64,000 nucleotides of DNA from an uncultured virus (IMG/VR IMGVR_UViG_3300042861_002374) (IMGVR_UViG_3300042861_002374), one strand, 5' to 3'. Shown: positions 33,238 to 43,460, numbered from the stretch's first letter. A program made the numbers and translations. Notes: generated by a model not told the origin, from the sequence alone.

Positions 33238-33735
33238 TTAATATCTACGAAATACCAAAAACAGAACTACACCTGTTAATACAATAGTAGGTATATAGAA
33301 AGCCAGGAATTTATTCCAATCAATATGATCTATATTATTACTATCTTTCGTAGTTACAATTATAGGTTTTGAAAAGTATAAATACATAAACAATCCTACA
33401 GCTATAATAAAAAAAATTATAATAGGTATTATCATCTTGTTAAAGCGAGGAGGACCTTTCTCTGCACGTTTGCGCTTACCAATTCCGATTCCTTTTTGAA
33501 TACATTGTGACAAACTTCCTAGACTATCATAATCATTTGGTTTTTCTAATTTATTTCCGCAGTAAATTCTGCGTTCATCAATTGGTGCATATGGTCCTGC
33601 AAATTTTGGATCATAAGGCATGTTAAAACCTTTACCAAAACCTTTTTTCATGCAAGCATGTCGTGTTCCAAGAACACTTCTACCTGAAAGAAGTTCAGGA
33701 TCTTGTGAATTATTTCCACAATATATTGGTGGCAT
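33238..33735 (-). CDS. Two-TM membrane protein with duplicated YCGN motif
   Basis: IYCGN...C..KG.G.G twice, followed by two TM helices. Confidence 0.75.
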   Translation of the reverse strand: MPPIYCGNNSQDPELLSGRSVLGTRHACMKKGFGKGFNMPYDPKFAGPYAPIDERRIYCGNKLEKPNDYDSLGSLSQCIQKGIGIGKRKRAEKGPPRFNKMIIPIIIFFIIAVGLFMYLYFSKPIIVTTKDSNNIDHIDWNKFLAFYIPTIVLTGVVLFLVFRRY

Positions 33736-33789
33736 TTTATATTATAAAAACATTTCTGGTTTAAAAACTTATCTGTACATTTATAGATT

Positions 33790-34011
33790 ATGAATCGTGT
33801 ACCGCAACAAACCAAACATAAACGTCTTCTTAATCAAACTGGTGAAAAAGTTCTTGAAAAGAAAGTTCTTGAAAAGAAAGTTGTTGAAAAGAAAGTTGAT
33901 GAAAAAGTTTTTAAGAAAAATGATAGTGTAACTAAGAAAAACACTGAAATCTGTATAAAAAAGATACAAGAAAAAGATCCTACTTATAATCAATTCACTG
34001 TTCTTGGATAA
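33790..34011 (+). CDS. Small basic protein with EKKV repeats
   Basis: 73-aa ORF with a 15-bp repeat; hairpin at 34015-34032 follows the stop. Confidence 0.55.
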   Translation: MNRVPQQTKHKRLLNQTGEKVLEKKVLEKKVVEKKVDEKVFKKNDSVTKKNTEICIKKIQEKDPTYNQFTVLG

Positions 34012-34045
34012 TTGTTATTCTAAATAGAATAATAATCAATCATTT

Positions 34046-35077
34046 TTAATTCGAACGATAAGAACCAGTTGCTAACTCCTTGACAAATTGATGGAAAAGA
34101 TCTGGTTTTAATCCATCTGAAATTTCATTTGACTGTCTTTTCTGAGAGAAAGCAGCAGTTATAAGATCAATCAGATCATCTGTGATTCCTGTATTTATGC
34201 ATGCTTCTTCTTCAGTAATCTCATTATTAGAGGAAGAATTAAAGCTGTCCATCTTGGCTTTTAAATCATTAGCGTATTCGGTTACTAACTTACCATTTCT
34301 TTCATTTATTGCAAAAAATAATTTCTTAGTTATACTAGACATCTCTGGATCAGATACAATGTTTCCATCCGAATCCTTGTACTTTCCTTTTTTGCGAGAA
34401 GTATCAGTACACACCAACCGATCCTTTAAAGGATGTTCAAGTGCATACTTTGCATAGCCAACTGCTCCATTCTTTACATGATCAATAGTTAAATACTGGA
34501 CCTGTTCATCAAGATGCTCCGTAGTTATAGGCAATAAATTGTTTATTATTTGAGTTGTGTTCTGATTGAAGGAAGACGGTTTTGCAATTGCCTTCTCTGC
34601 CATAGATTGCATCCGATCCTGTAAATCTTTATTCTGCATTTCCATCTGTCTCTTATATTCTGCCTGTAATTCCTTTATAACGCTTTTATGTTCCTGTAAA
34701 TCTTTGTTCTGTATTTCTATGATTTTATCCTTCTCTAAAATCTTTTGTGTAGTTTCTAATCTTATTTTTTTTATAATTTTATCCTTTAGAGATAATTTTT
34801 TCTCATATTCAAGTTGAGTATCTTGTAATTTTTTTTTCAAATCAATATTTTCCTGTTCTATAAATTTTAAGTTTAACAATGCTTTTGTTTCAATTGTTTT
34901 ACAACTTTCTTGATGTCGTTGAAGATGAAAAAGTTTAGTAAAACCTTTTTTACAATGTTCACAGTTATATAAGGTTGCTTCTACATTTCTTAACACTAAA
35001 CAATATTTTGCTGTTTTTTGATGCGAATTTAAAGTATTTTTGTTAGAAAATTCATTACTACAAAATTCACACTTCAT
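34046..35077 (-). CDS. C2H2 zinc-finger / coiled-coil protein, MIGE-like family
   Basis: CEFC...HQKTAKYC and CEHC...HQESC fingers, coiled coil, LVCTDTSRKKGKYKDSDG. Confidence 0.85.
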   Translation of the reverse strand: MKCEFCSNEFSNKNTLNSHQKTAKYCLVLRNVEATLYNCEHCKKGFTKLFHLQRHQESCKTIETKALLNLKFIEQENIDLKKKLQDTQLEYEKKLSLKDKIIKKIRLETTQKILEKDKIIEIQNKDLQEHKSVIKELQAEYKRQMEMQNKDLQDRMQSMAEKAIAKPSSFNQNTTQIINNLLPITTEHLDEQVQYLTIDHVKNGAVGYAKYALEHPLKDRLVCTDTSRKKGKYKDSDGNIVSDPEMSSITKKLFFAINERNGKLVTEYANDLKAKMDSFNSSSNNEITEEEACINTGITDDLIDLITAAFSQKRQSNEISDGLKPDLFHQFVKELATGSYRSN

Positions 35078-35214
35078 TTATTTCTGTTTATTTTCTCCTT
35101 AAATAAATATTTCTCATTTTTTTGAGAAATAACGAGAATCTAGTGATATTTTTGATACTTTTAGTATTAAAATTGTGTGTATTTTTATGTCGCTATCCAT
35201 CTCACCAAAACACA

Positions 35215-35408
35215 AAAATTGTGTGTTGAAGATTTTTTTTCACTGACCTTTCCGGATTTTTGAAAGTTTTTCCTCCGCCTTTTTCAAAAGTTCGGAGGAG
35301 CAAAAAAAGGTTTTTTGGTTTTCGCTTTTCTTTCCTAATATTTTTGAAAATTATTATAAATTTTCCTTTGGATTTGGATTTTTTTCTTTTCCTCCTCCGA
35401 CTTTTAGA
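35215..35408 (-). repeat. Conserved non-coding inverted-repeat element, copy 2, upstream of zinc-finger gene
   Basis: Shares gaaaaaaatccaaatccaaag (21/21) and aaaacct(7-8)gctcctccg with copy 1. IR arms at 35286-35300 and 35392-35405. Confidence 0.9.
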
Positions 35409-35610
35409 TTTATAATAATCATTTTTTTTGTTAAGTCCTCCGTTTAGTAAGCAGCCGCTGTGTATTTTCAAATCTATATTTTCCTCAAAATGAGAGGTTT
35501 TTAAAAAATATCTAAACGTTTTTTTACTGTATCCTATCACCAAGTTTTAACCATAAGTAATGTCATCTTCATATTTAGAAAAATAAATTGGTGCTTCTGT
35601 AAAAACAAGA

Positions 35611-37047
35611 TCATTCCATACATAAATCTTCTACTTCTAGAGGTTTTTGATCACACGAAATAATATTGTCAACAATGCTCCAATATTCCCATTGTGAATA
35701 TATTTTTACAGCCTCTATAATATGTGAATGCACATCACCATATTCTTTCAAGATATCTAAAATCTTATCATTCGTTATCTCTTTAATAAAGTCATAGAAT
35801 GGTTGTTTAACATGTGAGCACATCGCTTCCATTACATTTTCAGGCGCATTTTTACATCTTAAATCTAGATAGTGTCCTAATACTGCATTAATTTGTTCCT
35901 GAACAGAAATACGAACTTGAAGCTTTTCGTCATCAGTGTATCCTTGTATAGTGTTTATAAAACGACTTAGATGACCTGTAGTACAGTGTTTTACCATGCT
36001 AGACATTTCCTCTACTAGTCGTATATACAAATTATCTTTCTCAGGATGTTTGTTGATCCAAGCCCACAAAGAAGAAAAGACATCGTAAAGACCAAATATA
36101 TTTGAATCTGAATTGAATTTGGAAGTATCAATCTCAATACGCTCCATCACAGTGTCAATAGTTCGTGAAAAATTTGGAGAACAAAGTTTAAGTATTACCT
36201 TAACTTTATCTGGGTCAAATGAATTAGGCTGTTCAATCTCCATTAGTCGAACACACGCGCTTAATACAGATTTATTCAAATTTGAATTATGAACATTTTG
36301 ACTATCATCATAAACGATGTGTAGTTTTTCTTCAAACATTTGGTATGTATCTTCTTGTTGATTTAAATTAAATTCTATTTCTCTAATGACTCTTAGCATT
36401 TGGCGGGCTCTTTCATTTCTATTATTAAGAAAGAATATGTCTGCTATTTCCATCTTGGTAAAAATAGAAACTTGATCGTCATTAAATAAAGTTTCAAATT
36501 CATCTAGAACAGAAGTACAGTGTTGTTCTTTTCGCAAGTTAATACTAGAATTAAGAATAAATTTTAGAATCTGAAAGTATGGAACAACAGCCATTTTATT
36601 TCTTACGTCGGAGTTGAAAAGTCTTATTGACACAGGATATGAAATTGATTCGTCTCGAAATTTTAGATAAAATAGACGCAAAGGCACTGACATAGTTTCT
36701 GCGTTTAATATAGTTACAACTAGTTCATTAATTATAATCTCTCTATTGTTATCAGTCATCCGATAAATATTGAATAATTTATTACCCATAAATTCTGCAA
36801 TTTTTATTTTTGCTTCTGGAGTAGTTTCTGGCTTTACTATCATTTTCATTAAATCTTTGATTTTTCTAGGTAAATTTTTACTATCTATTATATTTTCATT
36901 ACCTTTGTTTGTTTTACTCAGAAGAGCTGTTGAAAAATTATCAGATTTGAAAAGATTATCAGCTTCTGTTTTGGCTGATTGTAATATTGTGGGTTCAGAT
37001 ACAGATGCTGCAACAGCCATTGCTCTTATATCTTCTCTTTCGTCCAT
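35611..37047 (-). CDS. Hypothetical helical protein of the DSQNVH...CxxGxxxRxxN family
   Basis: YDDSQNVHNS and CTTGHLSRFINTIQG. Confidence 0.7.
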   Translation of the reverse strand: MDEREDIRAMAVAASVSEPTILQSAKTEADNLFKSDNFSTALLSKTNKGNENIIDSKNLPRKIKDLMKMIVKPETTPEAKIKIAEFMGNKLFNIYRMTDNNREIIINELVVTILNAETMSVPLRLFYLKFRDESISYPVSIRLFNSDVRNKMAVVPYFQILKFILNSSINLRKEQHCTSVLDEFETLFNDDQVSIFTKMEIADIFFLNNRNERARQMLRVIREIEFNLNQQEDTYQMFEEKLHIVYDDSQNVHNSNLNKSVLSACVRLMEIEQPNSFDPDKVKVILKLCSPNFSRTIDTVMERIEIDTSKFNSDSNIFGLYDVFSSLWAWINKHPEKDNLYIRLVEEMSSMVKHCTTGHLSRFINTIQGYTDDEKLQVRISVQEQINAVLGHYLDLRCKNAPENVMEAMCSHVKQPFYDFIKEITNDKILDILKEYGDVHSHIIEAVKIYSQWEYWSIVDNIISCDQKPLEVEDLCME

Positions 37048-37077
37048 GTTTACTTAAAACAAAACATTGTTTTAAGT

Positions 37078-38208
37078 TCAAAAAATAGGTTTATAAAAAT
37101 ATTGTGTTCCGTTAGTAAAAGGATTTATAATCTTACCAATTGCATCTTGAAAAGAATTGAATTTTCTTAATGGTACACCCTTTCCGTAAGGTACATCATC
37201 ATAATAGTACCATATTTTACCGTATTTTGCTATACATGTATAATGACATCTTCCATTATGAACAATTACTGCGTAAAAGACAAATTTTTGTCCGTTTGAT
37301 GTAGTAATATATTCATCCGGGTAAACAGGAGTATGACATAATTCCTTACGACCACCCAATTCCTCTGTAATCAATCTTCTAATATTGACAATTATAATAG
37401 GAGAATCTACTATTGAAGTAATTTTTATACATCGTTTGTATTTTTTACCATTGAATTCAGACTTCCAATATTCTTCATCTTCAATAATTCCACTATCATT
37501 TTTTTCTATTATCAAATCAGAAATATTGACTCCACTTTCTGGTAAGTCTAAAAGTTCAAATATACTAACTATATGAACTACCGAGGCGGTGCCTTCAATA
37601 CTACTTATTTCGGTACTTTTAGTATTGAAAAGGGGTTTGTTATCATTGCTTCCATATGTAATTATTTTTTTAGTTGCTCTTTTAACAGGAAGAACCTTAA
37701 ATAAATATCTTAAAAATTCACCAGAATCTGCTTCAGATCCTGTATGATATTCTTCTTCACCTTTAAACTCTTTACACGGTATACCTCTACAATGTATTAG
37801 TGATTTACGAAAGTCAGTACAATATTCAACTATTTTGTCACTTTTTCCAGTAATAGATTCAGCAATATATCTTAATTGTTTTTGTACTTCTTTTCTGTTA
37901 GTAATATCTGTATTCAGAGGGTTGCCACAGAACCTGAGTGTCCCATTTTTTTCAATTTCTTTTTTTCTTTTATCTAAATCTGTATATAACATATCATTAA
38001 TAAAATCTTTGGGACCTGCAAATAAACAAAACAAAGCAGTATCTAAATAACAACTGTTTGCAATCCATTTTAAAGGACGCGGAATAGACGGATTTTCCCA
38101 TTGAGATAGACCTTTTTCTAAATTTATGTAGTAACTCCTATTTTTTCTATTACTAAACTGTTTTTTCCAACACTTTGGATTCTTATCCATTTTATTATAA
38201 TACACCAA
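37078..38208 (-). CDS. WW-domain + USP (peptidase C19, CYLD-like) deubiquitinase
   Basis: One WW domain (W...YYIN...SQWENP), Cys box NSCYLDTALFCLF, His box HYTC...WYYYDD. Confidence 0.85.
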   Translation of the reverse strand: MVYYNKMDKNPKCWKKQFSNRKNRSYYINLEKGLSQWENPSIPRPLKWIANSCYLDTALFCLFAGPKDFINDMLYTDLDKRKKEIEKNGTLRFCGNPLNTDITNRKEVQKQLRYIAESITGKSDKIVEYCTDFRKSLIHCRGIPCKEFKGEEEYHTGSEADSGEFLRYLFKVLPVKRATKKIITYGSNDNKPLFNTKSTEISSIEGTASVVHIVSIFELLDLPESGVNISDLIIEKNDSGIIEDEEYWKSEFNGKKYKRCIKITSIVDSPIIIVNIRRLITEELGGRKELCHTPVYPDEYITTSNGQKFVFYAVIVHNGRCHYTCIAKYGKIWYYYDDVPYGKGVPLRKFNSFQDAIGKIINPFTNGTQYFYKPIF

Positions 38209-38235
38209 TCAAAAAGATAAATAAAAATATATAGA

Positions 38236-39621
38236 CTAAATAGGTTTGTAAAAATATTGTGTTCCCTGAGTATAAGGATCAATATTGTCAGGGTCTTTAG
38301 CAGCATCTTCAAAAGTTTTATATTTTTTTAATCGTTGAGGAGGATTATTATCATCATAATAGTACCATATTTTACCGTATTTTGCAATACATGTATAGTG
38401 ACCTTCGTTGTTAATAACTACTGCGTAAAAGACAAATTTTTGTCCGTTTCCTGTAGTAATATGAGTATCTGGGTAAATAGGAGTTTTACATATTCCCCCA
38501 CCCAATAGCGCATGAGTCAATCTTTTAAAACTAAAAATTATAATAGGAGATTGTTGTATTGAAGTAATTTGTATACGTCGTTTGTATACTTTACCATCAG
38601 CTTTAAACAGATTGTCAGTGGTGTAGTTGCCCATGCCATCTACAAGGCTTATTTCACCACTGTCATCTGTTTCTTCTATAAATTCAGAAATAGTGGTTCC
38701 CTGCGGTCGCACTTTCAAAAGTATGTCGTTATTAATCACATTAACTAGTGATATTTCCTCGAAATTACGAGATGTCATTGTAAGCTTATTCTTAGGAATT
38801 TCGTTGAAATCATTAGTTACATCATTAGTTCCATATGTAATTCTGGTTCGTACGGCTTTTTTAACAGGATGGAGAATTTTAAATAAATATGTCAAAAATT
38901 CCCCTGGATCTGCCATCTTTCCTGTATGATATTGATCCTCATCTCCCTGCAAAACTATACCAGCTTTAGGTCTGCAATTTGTTAGTGTTTTACGAAAGTC
39001 ACTACAATATTTAACTATTCTTTCGCTTTTTCCAGTAATAGATTCACCAATATATCTTAATTGGTTTTGTACTCTTTTTCTGCCAACAATATCTGTGTCA
39101 ATGGAGCTACCACAGAAAAAGGATGTATCACCAGTTTCAATTTCTTTTCTTTTTGTATATAAATCTGTATAGAGTATATCATCAATAAAATCTTTAGGAC
39201 CTGCAAATAAACAAAACAAAGCGCTATCTAAATAACAACTGTTTCCAACCCATTTTAAAACTCTATCCTCAAGAATTTCGTTGATAACCGGACTTTTAAC
39301 CGGACTTTTAGCCGGGTTTTCCCATCGAGAAATATTTAATGATTCATTTCTATAATAATAGTTACCACAATCGGTTACCCTAGATTCCCATCCAGGTGGT
39401 AAAGGATCAGGCTTTATAAATTTTGGTTGTTCCCATTGAGTTTCACCAGTAAGTGTATTTCCATAGTAAATATCATTACTTCCTTTTGCATGATGCATTT
39501 CCCATCCTTCTGGTGTGAGATAATTTGTTATTCCCCATTGAGACGTACCTTTTTCTACATTTATGTAGTATCGTCTTTTTCCGTTAGTGCTTAAAGCGGT
39601 TTTCCAACATTTTGGATCCAT
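38236..39621 (-). CDS. 3xWW-domain + USP (CYLD-like) deubiquitinase
   Basis: Three WW domains including LPPGWE...YYYRN...SRWENP; NSCYLDSALFCLF; GHYTC...WYYYDD. Confidence 0.88.
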   Translation of the reverse strand: MDPKCWKTALSTNGKRRYYINVEKGTSQWGITNYLTPEGWEMHHAKGSNDIYYGNTLTGETQWEQPKFIKPDPLPPGWESRVTDCGNYYYRNESLNISRWENPAKSPVKSPVINEILEDRVLKWVGNSCYLDSALFCLFAGPKDFIDDILYTDLYTKRKEIETGDTSFFCGSSIDTDIVGRKRVQNQLRYIGESITGKSERIVKYCSDFRKTLTNCRPKAGIVLQGDEDQYHTGKMADPGEFLTYLFKILHPVKKAVRTRITYGTNDVTNDFNEIPKNKLTMTSRNFEEISLVNVINNDILLKVRPQGTTISEFIEETDDSGEISLVDGMGNYTTDNLFKADGKVYKRRIQITSIQQSPIIIFSFKRLTHALLGGGICKTPIYPDTHITTGNGQKFVFYAVVINNEGHYTCIAKYGKIWYYYDDNNPPQRLKKYKTFEDAAKDPDNIDPYTQGTQYFYKPI

Positions 39622-39647
39622 TTATTATATATTAAAAAATATATAAA

Positions 39648-40028
39648 TTAATTAAATTCTTCGTACAACCATTTATAGTATGCATTTTCTAAATCTACTT
39701 TTTGATAAGAAAAAAAATCATTATTATTGTTAAAATTATTATAATACTCAAGTGCAAGATTTTTAGCTTTATCACGAAGTGTGATAGGTGTTTTACTAAT
39801 TTTCCAGCACACTGAACATTTTCCTACATCAGATGAATTTTTTTGTATCATTTCTTTTTCTTTTCTACCATTTTTTTTTGTTATATATATATGTCCGCAT
39901 TTTGAGTGTTTAGCCATGATTTTTCCCAGATTTGAATTATTATGTATATTTTTACTCATAACTTTTAATTCATTCTGAGAGTATGGACGAGTTGATCTGA
40001 TGTATTCACTTTCAAGAATAGAAGTCAT
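39648..40028 (-). CDS. Hypothetical protein, possible zinc ribbon
   Basis: HSKCGH...GKCSVCWK. Confidence 0.65.
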   Translation of the reverse strand: MTSILESEYIRSTRPYSQNELKVMSKNIHNNSNLGKIMAKHSKCGHIYITKKNGRKEKEMIQKNSSDVGKCSVCWKISKTPITLRDKAKNLALEYYNNFNNNNDFFSYQKVDLENAYYKWLYEEFN

Positions 40029-40055
40029 TTATATATAAGAGTTTTCTTTTTAAGT

Positions 40056-40547
40056 CTATTGTAAAGTTAATATAGTGGAATAAGTTTCTAAAGCTGCTAT
40101 AATATTTCCACGAGATTGATAATCTTGTTCACTTTTTTTATGAAGTAGAGTAATAATCAATGGAAATGTGTCACATTTGTATGTACTTGCTTCTGGAGTT
40201 ACATTCGTTCTGAAAATAGGAATATTTAGACAACCTTCTCTGTTAGGGTGATAACCATGAGGCGGAAGATCGTGATTATCTGCAATGGCTCTAGTTTGCA
40301 GTGAAATCCATCGTAGTGTAGATAAAGAATCTTTGGTGCCAATATGCATATTATCTTTAGGAAGAAAACAAATGATATATCTACATTCATTAGTTAATAA
40401 ACATGATGTTTTACTCATATACATACTATGATTATTAACATCTTTAATTTTGTGCATAATAGGATTATTAAAATAATCAGAAAAAGCTTTATACATTTTT
40501 TCTTTGTCAGGTTCAAATATATCTAATAGTTGACCGTAGTGTGCCAT
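40056..40547 (-). CDS. Hypothetical protein
   Basis: 163-aa ORF. Confidence 0.7.
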   Translation of the reverse strand: MAHYGQLLDIFEPDKEKMYKAFSDYFNNPIMHKIKDVNNHSMYMSKTSCLLTNECRYIICFLPKDNMHIGTKDSLSTLRWISLQTRAIADNHDLPPHGYHPNREGCLNIPIFRTNVTPEASTYKCDTFPLIITLLHKKSEQDYQSRGNIIAALETYSTILTLQ

Positions 40548-40615
40548 TTTTCAATCTTTTTTTTCTTTTTAGACTAATGGTTTTTAATCTTAAAATTAAA
40601 TATTTACATAGAGAA

Positions 40616-40795
40616 ATGAGTAATAATTATCTTATATCTCCAAAACTTTATAACACTGGGTTTATAGCACTCTCAGATACTAAAATACGTTTAAAGCAAG
40701 GTCTTCCTTCACAAAAGATTGCAAATAACTGTATATATCCTGGTGCATTGTGCAATCAAGAAAATCTTTATTTAGACAATTTTAGGAGTTCCTAA
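40616..40795 (+). CDS. Small hypothetical protein
   Basis: Internal ATG (MSNNYLISPK...) of track ORF 40541-40795. Confidence 0.4.
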   Translation: MSNNYLISPKLYNTGFIALSDTKIRLKQGLPSQKIANNCIYPGALCNQENLYLDNFRSS

Positions 40796-41608
40796 AACGA
40801 TTGCAACTTCTTTGGCATTTTTATTTATTGTGAGCTCACTTAAATCAGCCTTTTGAGCAAATTTTTTCAAACTAATGTCCATATTTTTCTTACAAATCCA
40901 GTAATAAGTTAATGCAGCGGCTACAGATTGAGGACGTGCTCTATTCAATTTAGAAGATCGATTTTTTGTTTTGCAATACAATTCGATTACTTCGTTTTTC
41001 TGTGATGGTGTTGCAGAAAATTTATCCATAACATCATGAATATGATGAACTGCTGTTAGAGTTGTTGTATGCAAAGGAGAATCTTTTGGTGCATTAACAT
41101 TAACAATTTTTAGACCTTTAAGACTACTTTTTTTATTTAATCCAAATGTTTCCATCAAATTTTTGGGTGTTTGACATTTACCAGCGATTTTATATGCATG
41201 ATAAATACATGCAAATACAACAGCTTTTCTCGAATCACCTCTATATATTTGACCTTTAGTAACTTGGGCATAGATTTCATTTGCTGTGGATACAATAGTT
41301 TCAGAAAAACCCATGTTTTCAACATCTTTGTTAATACTTCTTTCTTCTGACTTTCGCATTTGCACTCTATTAGGATCAGAAGATCTTTTACTGTCCGAGT
41401 GTCCGTAAAAGCGCCATTCCTTTTCATGCATAATTGTCCGATGTATCTGTTCTCCACATTCTAAGCAACTAATTATTCCGTTTTCAGCAACTAGATCATG
41501 ATGATCGCACAAAATCTCAGTATATTCGTCATTTAGGGAATCCTTATGTGTACATCTGGTTGTTTCGTATTCGGCGAGAGCTTGTTCAAAAAGTGCAAAT
41601 TCCGACAT
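40772..41608 (-). CDS. TFIIB: Transcription initiation factor TFIIB
   Basis: Zn ribbon (CDH...CLECG), EWRFY and two cyclin folds (RKAVVFACIY, RPQSVAAA, SELTI). Confidence 0.9.
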   Translation of the reverse strand: MSEFALFEQALAEYETTRCTHKDSLNDEYTEILCDHHDLVAENGIISCLECGEQIHRTIMHEKEWRFYGHSDSKRSSDPNRVQMRKSEERSINKDVENMGFSETIVSTANEIYAQVTKGQIYRGDSRKAVVFACIYHAYKIAGKCQTPKNLMETFGLNKKSSLKGLKIVNVNAPKDSPLHTTTLTAVHHIHDVMDKFSATPSQKNEVIELYCKTKNRSSKLNRARPQSVAAALTYYWICKKNMDISLKKFAQKADLSELTINKNAKEVAIVLGTPKIV

Positions 41609-41710
41609 TATTGGATTAAATTTAGTATTATCAATATATTAAATGAATAAATCAATTTAATTAAATAGTAAAAATTATTTAACTTAAAACTAAATCATAA
41701 TAAAATAAAA

Positions 41711-42427
41711 ATGGATCGTCTTTGTGTACTATTATACAGCAAATATTCTCCAATGTCAAATAAGTTGATGAATGCTTTAAAATCTTGCCCTATTGATTTA
41801 AATATATCAGTTGGTCTTAATATTGTATGTATTGATAATGAGGGAATACGTTCACAAATTTTAAAAGCTAACAAGATTGAAATTTCAACAGTTCCATGCG
41901 TATTAATTGTTTATCGTACTGGAGGAGTAGAAAAGTACGAAGGAGAAAATGCATTTCAATGGATTAACGAAACAGTAAGTAAATTTATGCCACCTGATCA
42001 AAATCAACCAGAACAAATTCCTCAAAAGCAAGTTCCTAGGAAGATTATTCCACGTCCTGTTCCTAAAAGAGAACAAAGAGAACAAAGACAAGAGATAGAA
42101 GAAATAGAAGATATAGAAGAAGAAGAAGAACCTATTCAAAAGCCTTTGAGAAAAGTCAAATTTGAGCAACAAAAAAATTTAAAAAAAGAAACAACAATGG
42201 AAGAACTAGGTATCGAAATAAATACACAAGAAAGTTTACATCAAACTCAACTTGAAAGTTATGATAATAACGAAGGTCTTGAAGAAAAAGAAGTGAAAAA
42301 ATCAGGAAGTACAAAAGGAAAAGATTTGATGGCTACAGCTATGGCAATGCAAAAAGAACGAGATTCGGTTGAAAGTAACAAACCTAGATCAAATGGAGAT
42401 ATTGTTACAAATAAAAGACCTATTTGA
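41711..42427 (+). CDS. Thioredoxin-fold-like N-terminal domain with disordered tail
   Basis: VLLYSKYSPMS...VCIDN...VPCVLI...YEGENAFQWI; no CxxC. Confidence 0.65.
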   Translation: MDRLCVLLYSKYSPMSNKLMNALKSCPIDLNISVGLNIVCIDNEGIRSQILKANKIEISTVPCVLIVYRTGGVEKYEGENAFQWINETVSKFMPPDQNQPEQIPQKQVPRKIIPRPVPKREQREQRQEIEEIEDIEEEEEPIQKPLRKVKFEQQKNLKKETTMEELGIEINTQESLHQTQLESYDNNEGLEEKEVKKSGSTKGKDLMATAMAMQKERDSVESNKPRSNGDIVTNKRPI

Positions 42428-42468
42428 AAATAAATTTATATTATAGTTTCTCTCTTGAGTAATAATAA

Positions 42469-43095
42469 ATGTCAACGCGCTATAAAAAAAAGCCATCGAT
42501 TTTTTTAGATCTCGATAATACTTTAATATGTTCAGAAACTTTCGAAGAGTATGATGATAAAGATCCAAAAACCAAGAAAAAAACGAAAAAATTTCGAAAT
42601 AAAAAAATGGATGATTGTTATATTGTATTTGAACGTCCAGGTTTGCAATCGTTTCTGAGTTTTCTTTTTAAGAATTTTAAAGTTTCTGTTTGGACTGCTG
42701 CCAGTAAGGACTATGCATTGTTTGTTATAGATAAGATAATTTTGAATGGTAAGAAAAACAGACAAATTGACTGGATTTTCTTTTCATATCATTGTGATAT
42801 TTCCAATAGTATAAAAAAAGGAACTAAAGATTTGAATATTATTTGGGATGATTATAAGCTTGATGGTTATTGTAAAAATACTACTGTTATATTAGATGAT
42901 TATGATGAAGTGTATAAAACACAACCAAACAACTGTATTTTAGTTTCACCATTTAAGTTTACCGATGATGAAAGCGAAGCTGATATTCATTTATTAGAAA
43001 TTAAAAGTTCTTTGGAAAATATGATAAAAGATATTAAAAATGGAAAAGAAAAACCGGCATCTGATGTTAATAAAAAACTTAAAGTAGTTAAGTAA
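42469..43095 (+). CDS. NIF/FCP1-like CTD phosphatase (HAD family)
   Basis: FLDLDNTL, ERPGL, VWTAASKDYA and ILDD. Confidence 0.9.
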   Translation: MSTRYKKKPSIFLDLDNTLICSETFEEYDDKDPKTKKKTKKFRNKKMDDCYIVFERPGLQSFLSFLFKNFKVSVWTAASKDYALFVIDKIILNGKKNRQIDWIFFSYHCDISNSIKKGTKDLNIIWDDYKLDGYCKNTTVILDDYDEVYKTQPNNCILVSPFKFTDDESEADIHLLEIKSSLENMIKDIKNGKEKPASDVNKKLKVVK

Positions 43096-43345
43096 TTTTT
43101 GTACAAACAACTCATCAGAAATTCTCACTTGACATTTTTGTAAGAATTGTGTTATAAAATAAAAGTTAACTATGCTTTTATTTTAAGAGGTCCAGAGGGG
43201 TATGTAGAATATGAATTATTTTATCCTTGATATAATAGTAGACCTAAATGGAAGATGATTACAGTAAAAACTTTGATAAAAGATAATCAAGAACTTTCTA
43301 TTCATGACAAGACTGACAATTTTTTATAAGTGAGTTTATAGAGAT
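43095..43345 (+). pseudogene. Decayed 3' fragment of the zinc-finger/MIGE-like gene
   Basis: 43179-43204 matches 22218-22243 at 25/26 nt; 43228-43251 is identical to 22350-22373. Deletions and stops present. Confidence 0.85.
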
Positions 43346-43460
43346 TTTATTTAATAATATATAATTTTCTCTTACTTGACTTGCATTAAAATAATGGTGA
43401 ATCTCTAAATATTGTAGCAACTGTGTAAGTTAGTTTAAAAATTAAATATAATATTTTTAA

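Noticed and set aside
35202..35543. 113-aa ORF over leader copy 2, and the 71-aa ORF 20767-20982 over copy 1
   Set aside because: The equivalent frames in copy 1 hit stop codons and the copies differ by frame-breaking indels, so the conservation is non-coding.
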